Positions 20,348 to 30,519 of a DNA stretch of 60,873 bases are shown one piece after another; position 1 is the first letter of the stretch, and each line of letters opens with the position of its first letter. The notes beneath the pieces were generated by a model. That model saw only the letters and a program-made list of their open reading frames with translations, was not told where the DNA came from and searched no databases. The position numbers were made by a program, and so were the translations under genes. The DNA is from Haloechinothrix sp. (GTDB lineage Bacteria > Actinomycetota > Actinomycetes > Mycobacteriales > Pseudonocardiaceae), in assembly GCA_050701115.1 (NCBI GenBank), contig JBOHER010000435.1:1-60873 (forward strand), given 5' to 3'.

Positions 20348-21550
20348 GTGTTGATGGCCCGCCTTGCCCAGACCGCGGGACTGACCGATGTGCAGTCCGA
20401 AATCCTGGCCACCGTTCGCAACTTCGTGGACAAGGAAGTCATCCCGCACGCGCAAGAACTCGAACACTCCGACACCTACCCTGCCGACATCGTCGAGGGC
20501 ATGAAGGAGATGGGCCTGTTCGGGCTCACTATCCCGGAGTCCTACGGCGGCCTCGGCGAGTCGCTGCTGACCTACGCGCTGGTGGTGGAGGAGATCGCGC
20601 GCGGCTGGATGAGTGTCTCCGGTGTGATCAACACGCATTTCATCGTGGCGCACATGATCAAGCAACATGCCACGTCGGAGCAGAAGGAACACTTCCTGCC
20701 GAAGATGGCCACCGGGGAGATCCGTGGGTCGTTCTCCATGTCCGAGCCTGACCTCGGCTCCGATGTCGCCGCGATCAAGACCCGCGCGAAAAAGGACGGC
20801 GCTGACTACGTCATCGACGGCGCCAAGATGTGGCTGACCAACGGCGGTAGCTCCAACCTCATCGCCCTGCTGGTCAAGACCGACGAAGGCGCGGAGAAGG
20901 CGTACCAGAACCTCACGACCTTCCTGGTCGAGAAGCCGGAAGGATTTGGTGAGGTCGCACCGGGGCTGACCATCCCCGGCAAACTCGACAAAATGGGATA
21001 CAAGGGCGTCGACACCACAGAGGCGGTATTCGACGGTTTCCGCATCGGTGCGGACAAGGTGCTCGGAAACGCCCCCGGTAAGGGCTTTGCGTTCATGATG
21101 GACGGCGTCGAGGTCGGCCGGGTGAATGTCGCCGCGCGGGCATGCGGGATCGCGATCAGGGCCTTCGAACTCGCCGTCGAGTACGCCCAGCAGCGCAAGA
21201 CCTTCGGCAAGCCCATCGCGGAGCATCAAGCCATTGCCTTCAAGCTCGCCGAGATGGCCACCAAGGTCGAGGCCGCGCACCTGATGATGGTCAATGCGGC
21301 TCGGCTGAAGGACTCCGGCGAGCGCAACGACGTCGAGGCAGGCATGGCCAAGCTGATCGCCAGTGAGTACTGCGCGGAGGTCACCCAGGATTCGTTCCGG
21401 ATCCACGGTGGCTACGGCTACTCCAAGGAGTACGAGATCGAGCGCCTCATGCGCGAGGCACCGTTCCTGCTCATCGGAGAAGGCACCAGCGAGATCCAGA
21501 AGACGATCATCAGCCGCGGCCTGCTCCGCGAGTACCGATCACGCGGTTGA
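20348..21550 (+). CDS. Acyl-CoA dehydrogenase
   Basis: Full-length ACAD fold: SMSEPDLGSDVAAI, KMWLTNG, QRKTFGKPIAEHQAI and IGEGTSEIQKTIISR. Start GTG 20348 or ATG 20354. Confidence 0.9.
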   Translation: MLMARLAQTAGLTDVQSEILATVRNFVDKEVIPHAQELEHSDTYPADIVEGMKEMGLFGLTIPESYGGLGESLLTYALVVEEIARGWMSVSGVINTHFIVAHMIKQHATSEQKEHFLPKMATGEIRGSFSMSEPDLGSDVAAIKTRAKKDGADYVIDGAKMWLTNGGSSNLIALLVKTDEGAEKAYQNLTTFLVEKPEGFGEVAPGLTIPGKLDKMGYKGVDTTEAVFDGFRIGADKVLGNAPGKGFAFMMDGVEVGRVNVAARACGIAIRAFELAVEYAQQRKTFGKPIAEHQAIAFKLAEMATKVEAAHLMMVNAARLKDSGERNDVEAGMAKLIASEYCAEVTQDSFRIHGGYGYSKEYEIERLMREAPFLLIGEGTSEIQKTIISRGLLREYRSRG

Positions 21551-21604
21551 CGCAGCTGCTCGCGATTCGGACATTGTGTCGTATGGAAGGGCTGCGGGGA
21601 CCAA

Positions 21605-22605
21605 CTACGTCGTGAAGAGCCAGAGGAAGACACGAACCTTCAATGGATCGTTTCGGTCGACCAACACTTCCCGAGTGACGGTTTGCTTGCGATTCGCTTC
21701 AGGCGAGATGTTGTCCTGCGCTGAGGCAATCTTGGTCGCGCTCCCTGGGGTGAAGCCGTCTACGGGCGACATGAAGACCTGTCTCCCTGGCTTGAGTGGA
21801 GTGGTGAATCCAGAGCCAGACAACAGCGTGTCAACGGCTGCAGGCTCGACTTCCACGACGACCCGATGGAGCTGGTCCATGCTCTTGTTGCTCTGGACGC
21901 CGAGGACTCTGGCGCCCGGCGGAAGTACGATCCCACCGAAACTCAGGGCTTCGGACACGGTCGCCTTGTCGGTTGTGACCGAGTTTGCGTTGGGGTAGGG
22001 CATGCGTTCCTCCTGTTCGGGGCCGAAGCTGCAGGAAACCGGCAGGTTCGGCTGCTTCTCCGGAGGTGGCACCGTCCCCGAGTAGTGCTTCGCCTCCGAT
22101 GACCCCGAGATGTTGTACTCCTGGGCCACTCCAGCTCGGTGCAGGTCCGCCATTTGGTCGTCCGTGATCGTGATCGGGCCGATCTCCGTGGACTTTCCGC
22201 CGTCCCAGTTGTAGCGATCGAAGACGTGCGTCTTGTAGTCCATCTCGACCCGAGGCTCCCCACCGGGAGTGTCGGGTGGATGAACGGTAGCGACTCCGGT
22301 AACCGAGTACTGAACTCCGCCCATGGCGTAGAACCAGTCCTTGCTCTGCTCGGGACCAATGTAGTAACCGGCCCAGCCCCCGGATCGGTCGGCGGGTTCG
22401 GTGGCGGTCCGGAAATCCCCTGGCCGGCACCCATTGCAGTTGCGGTCATGAGAGTAGTGGCAGCGCCGTCACCGGTCTCATCTCGCGCGACCTTGTTCAG
22501 TACCTCGGCCAGCGCATTGTCGATGGTGAAGCCATGTGCCCGCCCGAGCCCGTCACCTTCACTCACCAAGTTACCCAGCTTCACCACACCATCGGCTGCA
22601 GACAT
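21605..22605 (-). pseudogene. Frameshifted ORF of unknown family (N-terminal helical part, G/P linker, YNWDGGK module, P-rich linker, 132-aa C-terminal module)
   Basis: Track ORFs 21943..22605 and 21605..22324 join into one about 333-codon frame if one C is added to the C5 run at 22377-22381, giving ...PPNPPTDPGGWAGYYIGPEQSKDWFYAMGG.... The last 132 codons (21605..22003) are preceded by AGGAGGA-ACGC-ATG. GC is lower than in neighbours. Confidence 0.5.
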
Positions 22606-22620
22606 CAGGGCAGTACGAAG

Positions 22621-23220
22621 GTGCGCGAGCTGCAGCGAGGGCTGCAGCCCGCCTGGCTTGCTGATGACGTTAACCAGATCCCTTCGAGATCAGCAGGTCT
22701 ACGGCGGCCGCGTGTCCACGGCAGGCGGTGGTTCGTGATTTCGGCAGGAGCGGCGGCAGCCGTCGTGGCGGCCGCCGTGATCATTGTGCCGCGTCTGACC
22801 GCGCCCACGGCCTATGCGGCGACCCCACCATCCCTGACGTATACCTCAACCAGCGTGCAGGGCTCAGCTGCGGACGTACTCGCTGAGCTCGCCGACCGGG
22901 CGCGCCGACAGCCGGCGCCTCCGGGGGCTGGGCAGAGCGCCCTGCTCAAAGTTCTCGCCGAGGAGCCCGGCCTAATCGTCGAGGGCACCACGACAGACCG
23001 GGCTGCGAAGGGATCGCCATCAGCACCGATATCGAACAGGCCGGCCCGACCGTGCCCGAGATGCATTCAGTGCTCGTGTTCGACCCTGACACCGGAATGC
23101 TGCTCGACTACGAACAGATCGCACTGCAGGCAGGCGAACTACCCATCCACGCTCCCGCCACCATCGGCTCACCGTCTGGCTGGATTCCGGCTACACACCG
23201 AACACTGCACCGGCCCCTGA
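22621..23220 (+). pseudogene. Decayed CU044_5270-like membrane protein gene (at least two frameshifts plus an internal deletion)
   Basis: RRWFVISAGAAAAVVAAAVIIVPRL TM helix plus PTAYAATPPSLTY in frame a. HSVLVFDPDTGMLLDYEQIALQAGELP in frame b. TVWLDSGYTPNTAPAP in frame c. Family assignment is from memory of typical members. Confidence 0.45.
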
Positions 23221-23300
23221 CCCTTCCTCCGGGACCTGCCCTCCAGTCGTGCCGACGCGGGCAGGTCTCATTTCTCGCCCTAGCCCGCACACGCTCCACA

Positions 23301-23317
23301 CGTATATTGTGCGTATA
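23301..23317 (+). promoter_or_regulatory. AT-rich promoter/operator-like stretch with CGTATA direct repeat (11-bp spacing) upstream of the EXLDI gene
   Basis: cgtatattgtgcgtata lies 14-30 nt upstream of ATG 23331 and is followed by SD AGGAG at 23321-23325. Function is inferred only. Confidence 0.3.
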
Positions 23318-23330
23318 CATAGGAGTGGCG

Positions 23331-23870
23331 ATGCCGAACAAGACTATCTACGTTGCTGATGACGACCTGCCTCTGTTCCAGCGCGCTCAAGAACTGGCTG
23401 GCAGTCTTTCCGCGGCGATCACCCGTGCCCTTCGGGCATATGTCGACACGGAATTCGCGGCTGCGGTCGGTGGCCGGCGCGTCAACGTGACCGTGGGCGA
23501 GCCGGGCCGGCATCGCCGTCAGTGCTTCGTCGGCACGAAGATATGTGTATGGGAGACCACGAGGGCGACAACCAGGAGGGATGAAGGCAAACAGTCCGAC
23601 GACGAGGACGCGGACCTGCAGAACGAGCTCTACATCGTCTACCGAACGGTGCGCGACCAGTGGGCAGTGCACCGGCGATGGGCCCTCCTCGGGGATATAG
23701 CCGCGGCGGACTCATCGCAGGACCAACAAGATGACTGGAGTGACTACACCAGCGCCGAACTGCTCGTCTACCCAAATCTTGACGACCTGGCGGCAGCTCT
23801 ACCCGCCGAGCTAACCAAACGCGTGCGCCGCGCTGTGCACACCCCAGAATTGGAGGTGCTGGACATTTGA
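23331..23870 (+). CDS. EXLDI family protein (uncharacterised), RHH-like N-terminus
   Basis: C-terminus ends ...HTPELEVLDI, the E-x-L-D-I motif that names the family (TIGR04342 from memory). N-terminus MPNKTIYVADDDLPLFQRAQELAGSLSAAITRALRAYV has a strand-helix-helix pattern. SD plus ATG at 23331. The 272-aa track ORF is a read-through artefact. Confidence 0.75.
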   Translation: MPNKTIYVADDDLPLFQRAQELAGSLSAAITRALRAYVDTEFAAAVGGRRVNVTVGEPGRHRRQCFVGTKICVWETTRATTRRDEGKQSDDEDADLQNELYIVYRTVRDQWAVHRRWALLGDIAAADSSQDQQDDWSDYTSAELLVYPNLDDLAAALPAELTKRVRRAVHTPELEVLDI

Positions 23871-24001
23871 CCAGCGGCGCGGGCGAGCGCACCGCGAATC
23901 CGGACCGGGGGAGCCCGCGGCAGGCCGGGTTCGCATGCTCGGCTGCTCGTTGGCAGGATGACGTGATCAGCCTGTCGGCGTGCAGCAAGAGGTGATCTCC
24001 A

Positions 24002-24529
24002 GTGACAAGTCCATTTTCGTCAGCGGGACGAATGCCGCAGGGACAGCCGCGGCTGCCGACTCCGCCTACTGGCTGGCCCATCGGGTCCTACGGTACCTAC
24101 GAAGAAGCGCAGCGCGCGGTGGATTATCTGGCCGATGCCGACTTCGCGGTGGAGGACGTCACCATCGTCGGCGTTGACCTGATGTTGGTGGAACGGGTGA
24201 TCGCCAGGCTCACCTGGGGCAAGGTGCTGGGCCGGGGCGCCCTGTCCGGAGCATGGTTCGGCTTGTTCGTCGGTTTGCTGCTGAGCATATTCAGCGCGAC
24301 CGACGGCATCAACTACGCGCCGGTGTTCGTCGGTCTGTCAGCGGGCGTCGTCTTCGGCGTGGTGTCGGCAGCCATCGTGTACTCCTCGGCCAAGGGGCGC
24401 CGCGACTTCTCCTCGGCCAGCCAACTGGTCGCCGGGCGGTACGACGTGTTGTGCCAGCCGCGCAACGCCGAGCGGGGCCGTGACCTGCTGGCGAAACTCG
24501 CGCTCGGCGGGCAGGGCCAATCGCCCTAG
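24002..24529 (+). CDS. Membrane protein with general-stress-protein-17M-like N-terminal domain (Rv1234-like)
   Basis: YEEAQRAVDYLADADFAVEDVTIVG, then two TM helices (GAWFGLFVGLLLSIF, VFVGLSAGVVFGVVSAAIV). Confidence 0.65.
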   Translation: MTSPFSSAGRMPQGQPRLPTPPTGWPIGSYGTYEEAQRAVDYLADADFAVEDVTIVGVDLMLVERVIARLTWGKVLGRGALSGAWFGLFVGLLLSIFSATDGINYAPVFVGLSAGVVFGVVSAAIVYSSAKGRRDFSSASQLVAGRYDVLCQPRNAERGRDLLAKLALGGQGQSP

Positions 24530-24647
24530 TCGCATTCCGGCAAGGTCACGAGTATCGATCTTTGATCCGCTTGCACCTGCCCCACGATTGCGCTCGCGAG
24601 TATGGTCCGAAGAGGACCCAGCAACCTCAACGAAGAGGGAACTCCAG

Positions 24648-25775
<1,128 letters not shown>

Positions 25776-25848
25776 ACGCAAGAGACCTCGACCCCACGCC
25801 CGGTGTCGCGCGCACGAGGGCGCTTCGGCGGGGGCAAGCGGCAAAGGA

Positions 25849-27150
25849 GTGGCTATGCGATCACGAACCCGGATGAGGGTCGGCGGCCTGGTGTGCGCAG
25901 GCGCCCTGGTCCTGAGCGGTTGCCTTGGGCAGGAACAGGAGACCGAAGGCGAAGGCCAGCGCGTGGAGATCTTCGGTGGAATCACCGGCACGGAGGAGGT
26001 GAACCTGCTCAGACAGGCCGTGAAGGAGATCGCGGACGAAACCGGGATCGACGTCCGGTACGAACCGTCCCGTGACTTCACCACGCTGATCCGCAGCCGT
26101 GTGAGGGGCGGGGACGCACCCGATATCGCGTTGTACCCGCAGCCCGGGCTGCTGCTCGACATGTCCCCCGACATGGTTGCGCTGGACGACGCCGAGGTCA
26201 ACCTCGAAGGGGCGCGGGACAGTTTGATCCCCGGCTTCCTCGACTCGGCGACGCGGGACGGCAAAGTGTACGGCGCCCCGATCGACATGGCCGTCAAGAG
26301 TCTCGTCTGGTATCCGAAGCCGGAGTTCGAGGAAAAGGGCTACGAGGTCCCGACGACCCATCAGGAGATGCTGGCGTTGACCGAGCGCATCAAGGACGAC
26401 GGCGACGCGCCGTGGTGCGTCGGCATCGAGTCCGGCCCGGACACCGGATGGCCCGCCACCGACTGGCTCGAGGACTACGTGCTGCGCACCGCGGGCCCGG
26501 AGGCCTACGACCGGTGGGTCACCGGCGAGCTCAAGTTCACCAGCCCGGAGATCAAGCGCGCGGCTGAGACGGTCGGCGAGATCATGCTGACTGAAGGCAA
26601 CGTGCGCGGCGGCGGACGCGCGATCGTCAACACCCCGTTCGGTGACTCACCTCAGCAGATGTTCGAGGACCCGCCCGGATGCTGGCTGCACCGCCAGGCC
26701 AGCTTCATCACCACCTTCTTCCCGGATGATGTCCAGGAGAACCTGGACGAGCGGGCCGGCGTGTTCGTGTTGCCCAGTGTCGAGGGCGGCTTCGAGGGCA
26801 CACCGATTCTCGGTTCCGGCAACTTCGCCGCGCTGTTCGACGGGGACAACGAGAACGCCGTCAAGGTGATGGAGTCCCTGATCTCCGACCGCTTCGGCGA
26901 GCCGCGGTACCGGGGCGGCGGCCTCCAATCGCCGCACACGACCTTCGACGTCAACGCGTATCCCGACGAGACCACCACCGAGATCGCCAGGCAATCCAAC
27001 GAGGCGGACGTGTTCCGGTTCGACGGGTCGGACCTGATGCCCGCCCAGGTCGGCGCCGGGAGTTTCTGGACCGGCATGGTCGACTGGATCGGCGGTCGCA
27101 AGGACCTCGACACAGTCCTCTCCGATATCGACGCGAGCTGGCCGAACTGA
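25849..27150 (+). CDS. Carbohydrate ABC transporter substrate-binding lipoprotein (alpha-glucoside-type)
   Basis: Lipobox LVLSGC. WCVGIESGPDTGWPATDWLEDYVLR block typical of AglE-like binding proteins. Start 25849 or ATG 25855. Confidence 0.8.
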   Translation: MAMRSRTRMRVGGLVCAGALVLSGCLGQEQETEGEGQRVEIFGGITGTEEVNLLRQAVKEIADETGIDVRYEPSRDFTTLIRSRVRGGDAPDIALYPQPGLLLDMSPDMVALDDAEVNLEGARDSLIPGFLDSATRDGKVYGAPIDMAVKSLVWYPKPEFEEKGYEVPTTHQEMLALTERIKDDGDAPWCVGIESGPDTGWPATDWLEDYVLRTAGPEAYDRWVTGELKFTSPEIKRAAETVGEIMLTEGNVRGGGRAIVNTPFGDSPQQMFEDPPGCWLHRQASFITTFFPDDVQENLDERAGVFVLPSVEGGFEGTPILGSGNFAALFDGDNENAVKVMESLISDRFGEPRYRGGGLQSPHTTFDVNAYPDETTTEIARQSNEADVFRFDGSDLMPAQVGAGSFWTGMVDWIGGRKDLDTVLSDIDASWPN

Positions 27151-27226
27151 TCTGGCGATCCTTCGGGCGGCGGGATCCCGGTAGCCGATCCGGTATCCCG
27201 CCCCCAAGGGGAAGGGTGGCGAGGAG

Positions 27227-28207
27227 ATGCTGAAAGCGATCAACGCCATACTGGCGATCCTCGGCGGACTGGGCGGCGCCCTGGTCCTCTACTTCCTGCT
27301 TAACATGCTGGTGGAGCGTCTCCCGGCCAAGTGGGAGGAGCGGCTCAAGCCGTACGTGTTCGTCGGGCCCGCGATGCTGTTCGTGACGATCTTCCTGGTC
27401 TATCCGGCGGTGCGGACCGCCGTGCTGAGCTTCTTCGACGACCGCGGTGAGCAGTTCGTGGGCCTGGACAACTACACCAGCCTGCTCGAGGAGGAGGCGT
27501 TTCGCGACACCCTTTTCAACAACGTGCTGTGGCTGATCTTCGTGCCGGTCGGCGTGGTGATCGCCGGGCTGATCGTCGCGGTGCTCGCCGACCAGCTCAG
27601 GCCCCGCGGCGAGAACTTCGTCAAGTCGGTGATCTTCTTGCCGATGGCGATCAGCTTCGTCGGCGCGAGCACGATCTGGCGCTTCGTCTATGCGTTCCAG
27701 CCCGAAGGGCGGCCGCAGATCGGGTTGCTCAACGCGATGTCGACTCAGGTCGGCTTCTCGCCGGTCGCCTGGATCCAGGAGGACACCGCACGGCTGAACT
27801 CCTTCCTGCTGATGGTCATCATGATCTGGCTGCAGACCGGTTTCGCGATGGTGCTGCTGTCAGCGGCCATCAAGAGCGTTCCGGTCGAAACCCTCGAAGC
27901 CGCGAGGATAGACGGCGCAAGTGAGCTGCAGATCTTCTTCCGCGTCGTCGTGCCGCAGATCTGGGCGACCGTGATCACGGTGTTCATCACCGTGCTGATT
28001 CTGACGATGAAGATCTTCGACATCATCTACGTCATGACCGGTGGCGCCTTCAACACCGACGTCATCGGCAACCGGTTCATCACCGAGCTGATCAATTTCG
28101 GCCGGGACGGCAGGGCCTCGGCCATCGTCGTGATGCTGATGGTCGCCGTGATCCCGGTGATGATCTACCAGGTGCGCCGGTTCCGAGCCACGGAGGGGGC
28201 ACGATGA
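27227..28207 (+). CDS. Carbohydrate ABC transporter permease
   Basis: 6 TM helices and an EAA loop (EAARIDGASELQIFFRVVVPQI). Confidence 0.85.
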   Translation: MLKAINAILAILGGLGGALVLYFLLNMLVERLPAKWEERLKPYVFVGPAMLFVTIFLVYPAVRTAVLSFFDDRGEQFVGLDNYTSLLEEEAFRDTLFNNVLWLIFVPVGVVIAGLIVAVLADQLRPRGENFVKSVIFLPMAISFVGASTIWRFVYAFQPEGRPQIGLLNAMSTQVGFSPVAWIQEDTARLNSFLLMVIMIWLQTGFAMVLLSAAIKSVPVETLEAARIDGASELQIFFRVVVPQIWATVITVFITVLILTMKIFDIIYVMTGGAFNTDVIGNRFITELINFGRDGRASAIVVMLMVAVIPVMIYQVRRFRATEGAR

Positions 28208-29121
28208 CCACCACCCCGACACCCCCGATGACCGGCATCGACTCCGGGGCGACCGAGCAGGCCGCCGCAGGAAAGTCGCGCGGTAACGCGGGCAAGATCA
28301 TCGTCCGGCTGGCCCTGCTCGCGCTGTGTTTGGCGTGGGTCGTGCCCACCATCGGGCTACTGGTGACCTCCGCCAGGGAACGTGGCGTCGTCGCCAACTC
28401 CGGTTGGTGGACGTCCTTTGCGTCTCCACTGGACTTCACGCAGTGGACGATGCAGAACTATGACGAGGTGATCACCGGCCAGGGCATGGGCAATGCCTTC
28501 GTGAACAGCCTCGCGGTGTCCGTCCCGGCGACGGTGATCCCGATCCTCATCGCCGCCTTCGCCGCATACTCGTTCACGTTCATGAACTTCCCCGGCCGCG
28601 ACATCTTCTTCATCGTGCTCGTCGGGCTGCTCGTGGTGCCGCTGCAGGTGGCGTTCATCCCGCTGCTGCAGATCTACAAGGAGGTCGGCCTGGTCGGGAC
28701 CTTCCCGGCCGTGTGGCTGGCACATGCCGCGTTCGGCATGCCGCTGGCCGTCTACATCCTGCGCAACTACATGGAGGGGCTGCCGAGGGAGGTCATCGAG
28801 TCGGCCAAGGTCGACGGGGCGAGCCACTTCACCACGTTCTGGCGGCTCATCATCCCGATGTCGACGCCTGCCCTGGCGGCTTACGCGATCTTCCAGTTCC
28901 TCTGGGTGTGGAACGACCTCCTGGTAGCCCTGATCTTCCTCGGACCCGGGGAGAACGAGGTCGTGACGATCAACCTCAGCACCATGATCGGGACGTTGGG
29001 AGCGGACTGGCACTTGCTGACGGCCGCCGCCTTCGTCACCATGCTGGTCCCACTGATCGTCTTCCTCTCTCTCCAGCGGTTCTTCGTCCGTGGCCTGACC
29101 GCGGGCTCGGTCAAGGGCTGA
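28204..29121 (+). CDS. Carbohydrate ABC transporter permease
   Basis: ATGA overlap with the upstream permease. EAA loop ([26 protein letters not shown]). Confidence 0.85.
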   Translation: MTTTPTPPMTGIDSGATEQAAAGKSRGNAGKIIVRLALLALCLAWVVPTIGLLVTSARERGVVANSGWWTSFASPLDFTQWTMQNYDEVITGQGMGNAFVNSLAVSVPATVIPILIAAFAAYSFTFMNFPGRDIFFIVLVGLLVVPLQVAFIPLLQIYKEVGLVGTFPAVWLAHAAFGMPLAVYILRNYMEGLPREVIESAKVDGASHFTTFWRLIIPMSTPALAAYAIFQFLWVWNDLLVALIFLGPGENEVVTINLSTMIGTLGADWHLLTAAAFVTMLVPLIVFLSLQRFFVRGLTAGSVKG

Positions 29122-29666
29122 TGGCTCCTGGCCGGCCCGGAGCTCTGAGCGAAGGCACGAGGGCCGAGCGCAGGCTCGCCTTCCTGTTGTGCGCTCCCGC
29201 GGTGCTGGTGATGGGCGCGGTTGCCGCATGGCCGATCATCCACGGGGCCTCGGTCGGCCGAGGCCTGGTACGGACCGTGTCGCTGATCCCCTACGGGATC
29301 ATCACGGTCGTCGCGGCGTATTCCTGGTACTTCGCGTGGAGCCAGGAGAGCGGATACCTGTCCCGGATGTTCGGACCGGACGCGGCGCCGCTCCCCGCGA
29401 TGAAACCCGCCGTGCTGGTCGCGTGTGCGTTCAGCACAGTGGACGCCTTCCGGGTCTTCGACAACGTCTTCGTGCTCACCCGAGGTGCCAACGACACGGC
29501 GACGGTGTCGATGCTGACCTACCACAATCTCTTCATCGGGCTCGACCTGGGCATGTCGTCGACGATGTCGGTGTTGCTCCTGCTCTCGGCGGCGTCGATC
29601 GCGTTCGTCTTCATCAAGATCTTCGGTGCCGCGGTGCCGGGTGGTGGAGAACGGAGGAACCGCTGA
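29121..29666 (+). pseudogene. Truncated sugar ABC permease (two internal in-frame deletions)
   Basis: 181 codons against about 290 expected. N-terminus ([23 protein letters not shown]) jumps to [24 protein letters not shown], then to [27 protein letters not shown]. The EAA loop is missing. Confidence 0.6.
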
Positions 29667-30514
29667 TGGCAATGGTGACCCGGGTAGCAAGATCACGCAC
29701 GATCCGATGGACGCTCATCGACCTCGCCGTCGTCGGTGCTGCCCTGCTGCCCGTTGCGTGGATGGTGTCGTTGTCGTTCAAGACGCCTGAGACGCTGGCC
29801 GACAAGAAGTTCTTTCCCCGGGCGTGGACCTTCGACAACTACGTAGCCATCTTCACGGCCGACAGCGCCGAGTTCGTCCGGCCACTGATCAACTCGATCG
29901 GCATCGCGGTGATCGCGACGGGGATCGCGGTGGTGCTCGGCGCCATGGCCGCCTACGCCCTCGCCAGGCTGGACTTCCCCGGCAAGCGGGGATTGATCGC
30001 CGCGTCGTTGCTGATCGCGATGTTCCCGCAGGCGTCGCTGGTCCCACCGCTGTTCGAGATCGAGCGCACCCTCGGACTCTTCGACACCTGGCCCGGCCTG
30101 ATCCTGCCGTACGTGACCTTCGCGCTGCCGCTGGCGATCTACACGTTGTCGGCGTTCTTCCGGGAGATGCCGGGCGACCTGGAGAAGGCGGCGAAGATGG
30201 ACGGGGCGACGCCTGGGCAGGCGTTCCGCAAGGTCATCCTGCCGCTCGCCGCACCCGGCGTGTTCACCACCGCGATCCTGGTGTTCCTCTTCTGCTGGAA
30301 CGACTTCCTGTTCGCCATCTCGCTGACCTCGACCGAGGCAGCCAGAACGGTGCCCGCTGCCCTGGTGTTCTTCGCAGGCTCCGCGCAGTTCGAGGCGCCG
30401 ACCGGAACGCTTTCCGCGGCGGCCGTGCTGATCACCGTTCCGGTCGTGGTCGTGGTGCTGTGTTTCCAGCGCCGCATCGTGGCGGGGCTGACATCTGGGG
30501 TCGTGAAGGGGTAG
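29666..30514 (+). CDS. Carbohydrate ABC transporter permease (apparently intact)
   Basis: ATGA-type junction with the upstream remnant. EAA loop [25 protein letters not shown]. 282 aa. Confidence 0.75.
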   Translation: MAMVTRVARSRTIRWTLIDLAVVGAALLPVAWMVSLSFKTPETLADKKFFPRAWTFDNYVAIFTADSAEFVRPLINSIGIAVIATGIAVVLGAMAAYALARLDFPGKRGLIAASLLIAMFPQASLVPPLFEIERTLGLFDTWPGLILPYVTFALPLAIYTLSAFFREMPGDLEKAAKMDGATPGQAFRKVILPLAAPGVFTTAILVFLFCWNDFLFAISLTSTEAARTVPAALVFFAGSAQFEAPTGTLSAAAVLITVPVVVVVLCFQRRIVAGLTSGVVKG

Positions 30515-30519
30515 CGGCC

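Noticed and set aside
22377-22381. Programmed ribosomal frameshift or phase variation at the C5/G5 tract
   Set aside because: A 5-nt homopolymer is short for phase variation. There is no slippery heptamer with a downstream structure that I can see. The surrounding genes are also decayed, so a simple inactivating mutation or a sequencing error is the more economical reading. Not excluded.
23052-23870. 272-aa ORF read as a single protein
   Set aside because: The first 93 codons are the tail of the decayed CU044_5270-like gene plus the AT-rich promoter region, which happen to lack a stop. The EXLDI gene has its own SD and ATG at 23331.
25849-29121. Naming the intact importer lpqY-sugA-sugB(-sugC), the trehalose recycling system, because of its position next to the Rv1234-like gene and corA
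   Set aside because: The binding protein carries the WCVGIESG..GWPATDWLEDYVLR block that I associate with AglE-type alpha-glucoside binding proteins rather than LpqY. Gene order also differs, with the ATPase first. The substrate is left open.
28713-29666. 317-aa ORF spanning the end of the second permease and the truncated permease
   Set aside because: The first about 135 codons are an out-of-frame shadow of the permease gene at 28204..29121. Permease-like sequence starts only at ATG 29121.
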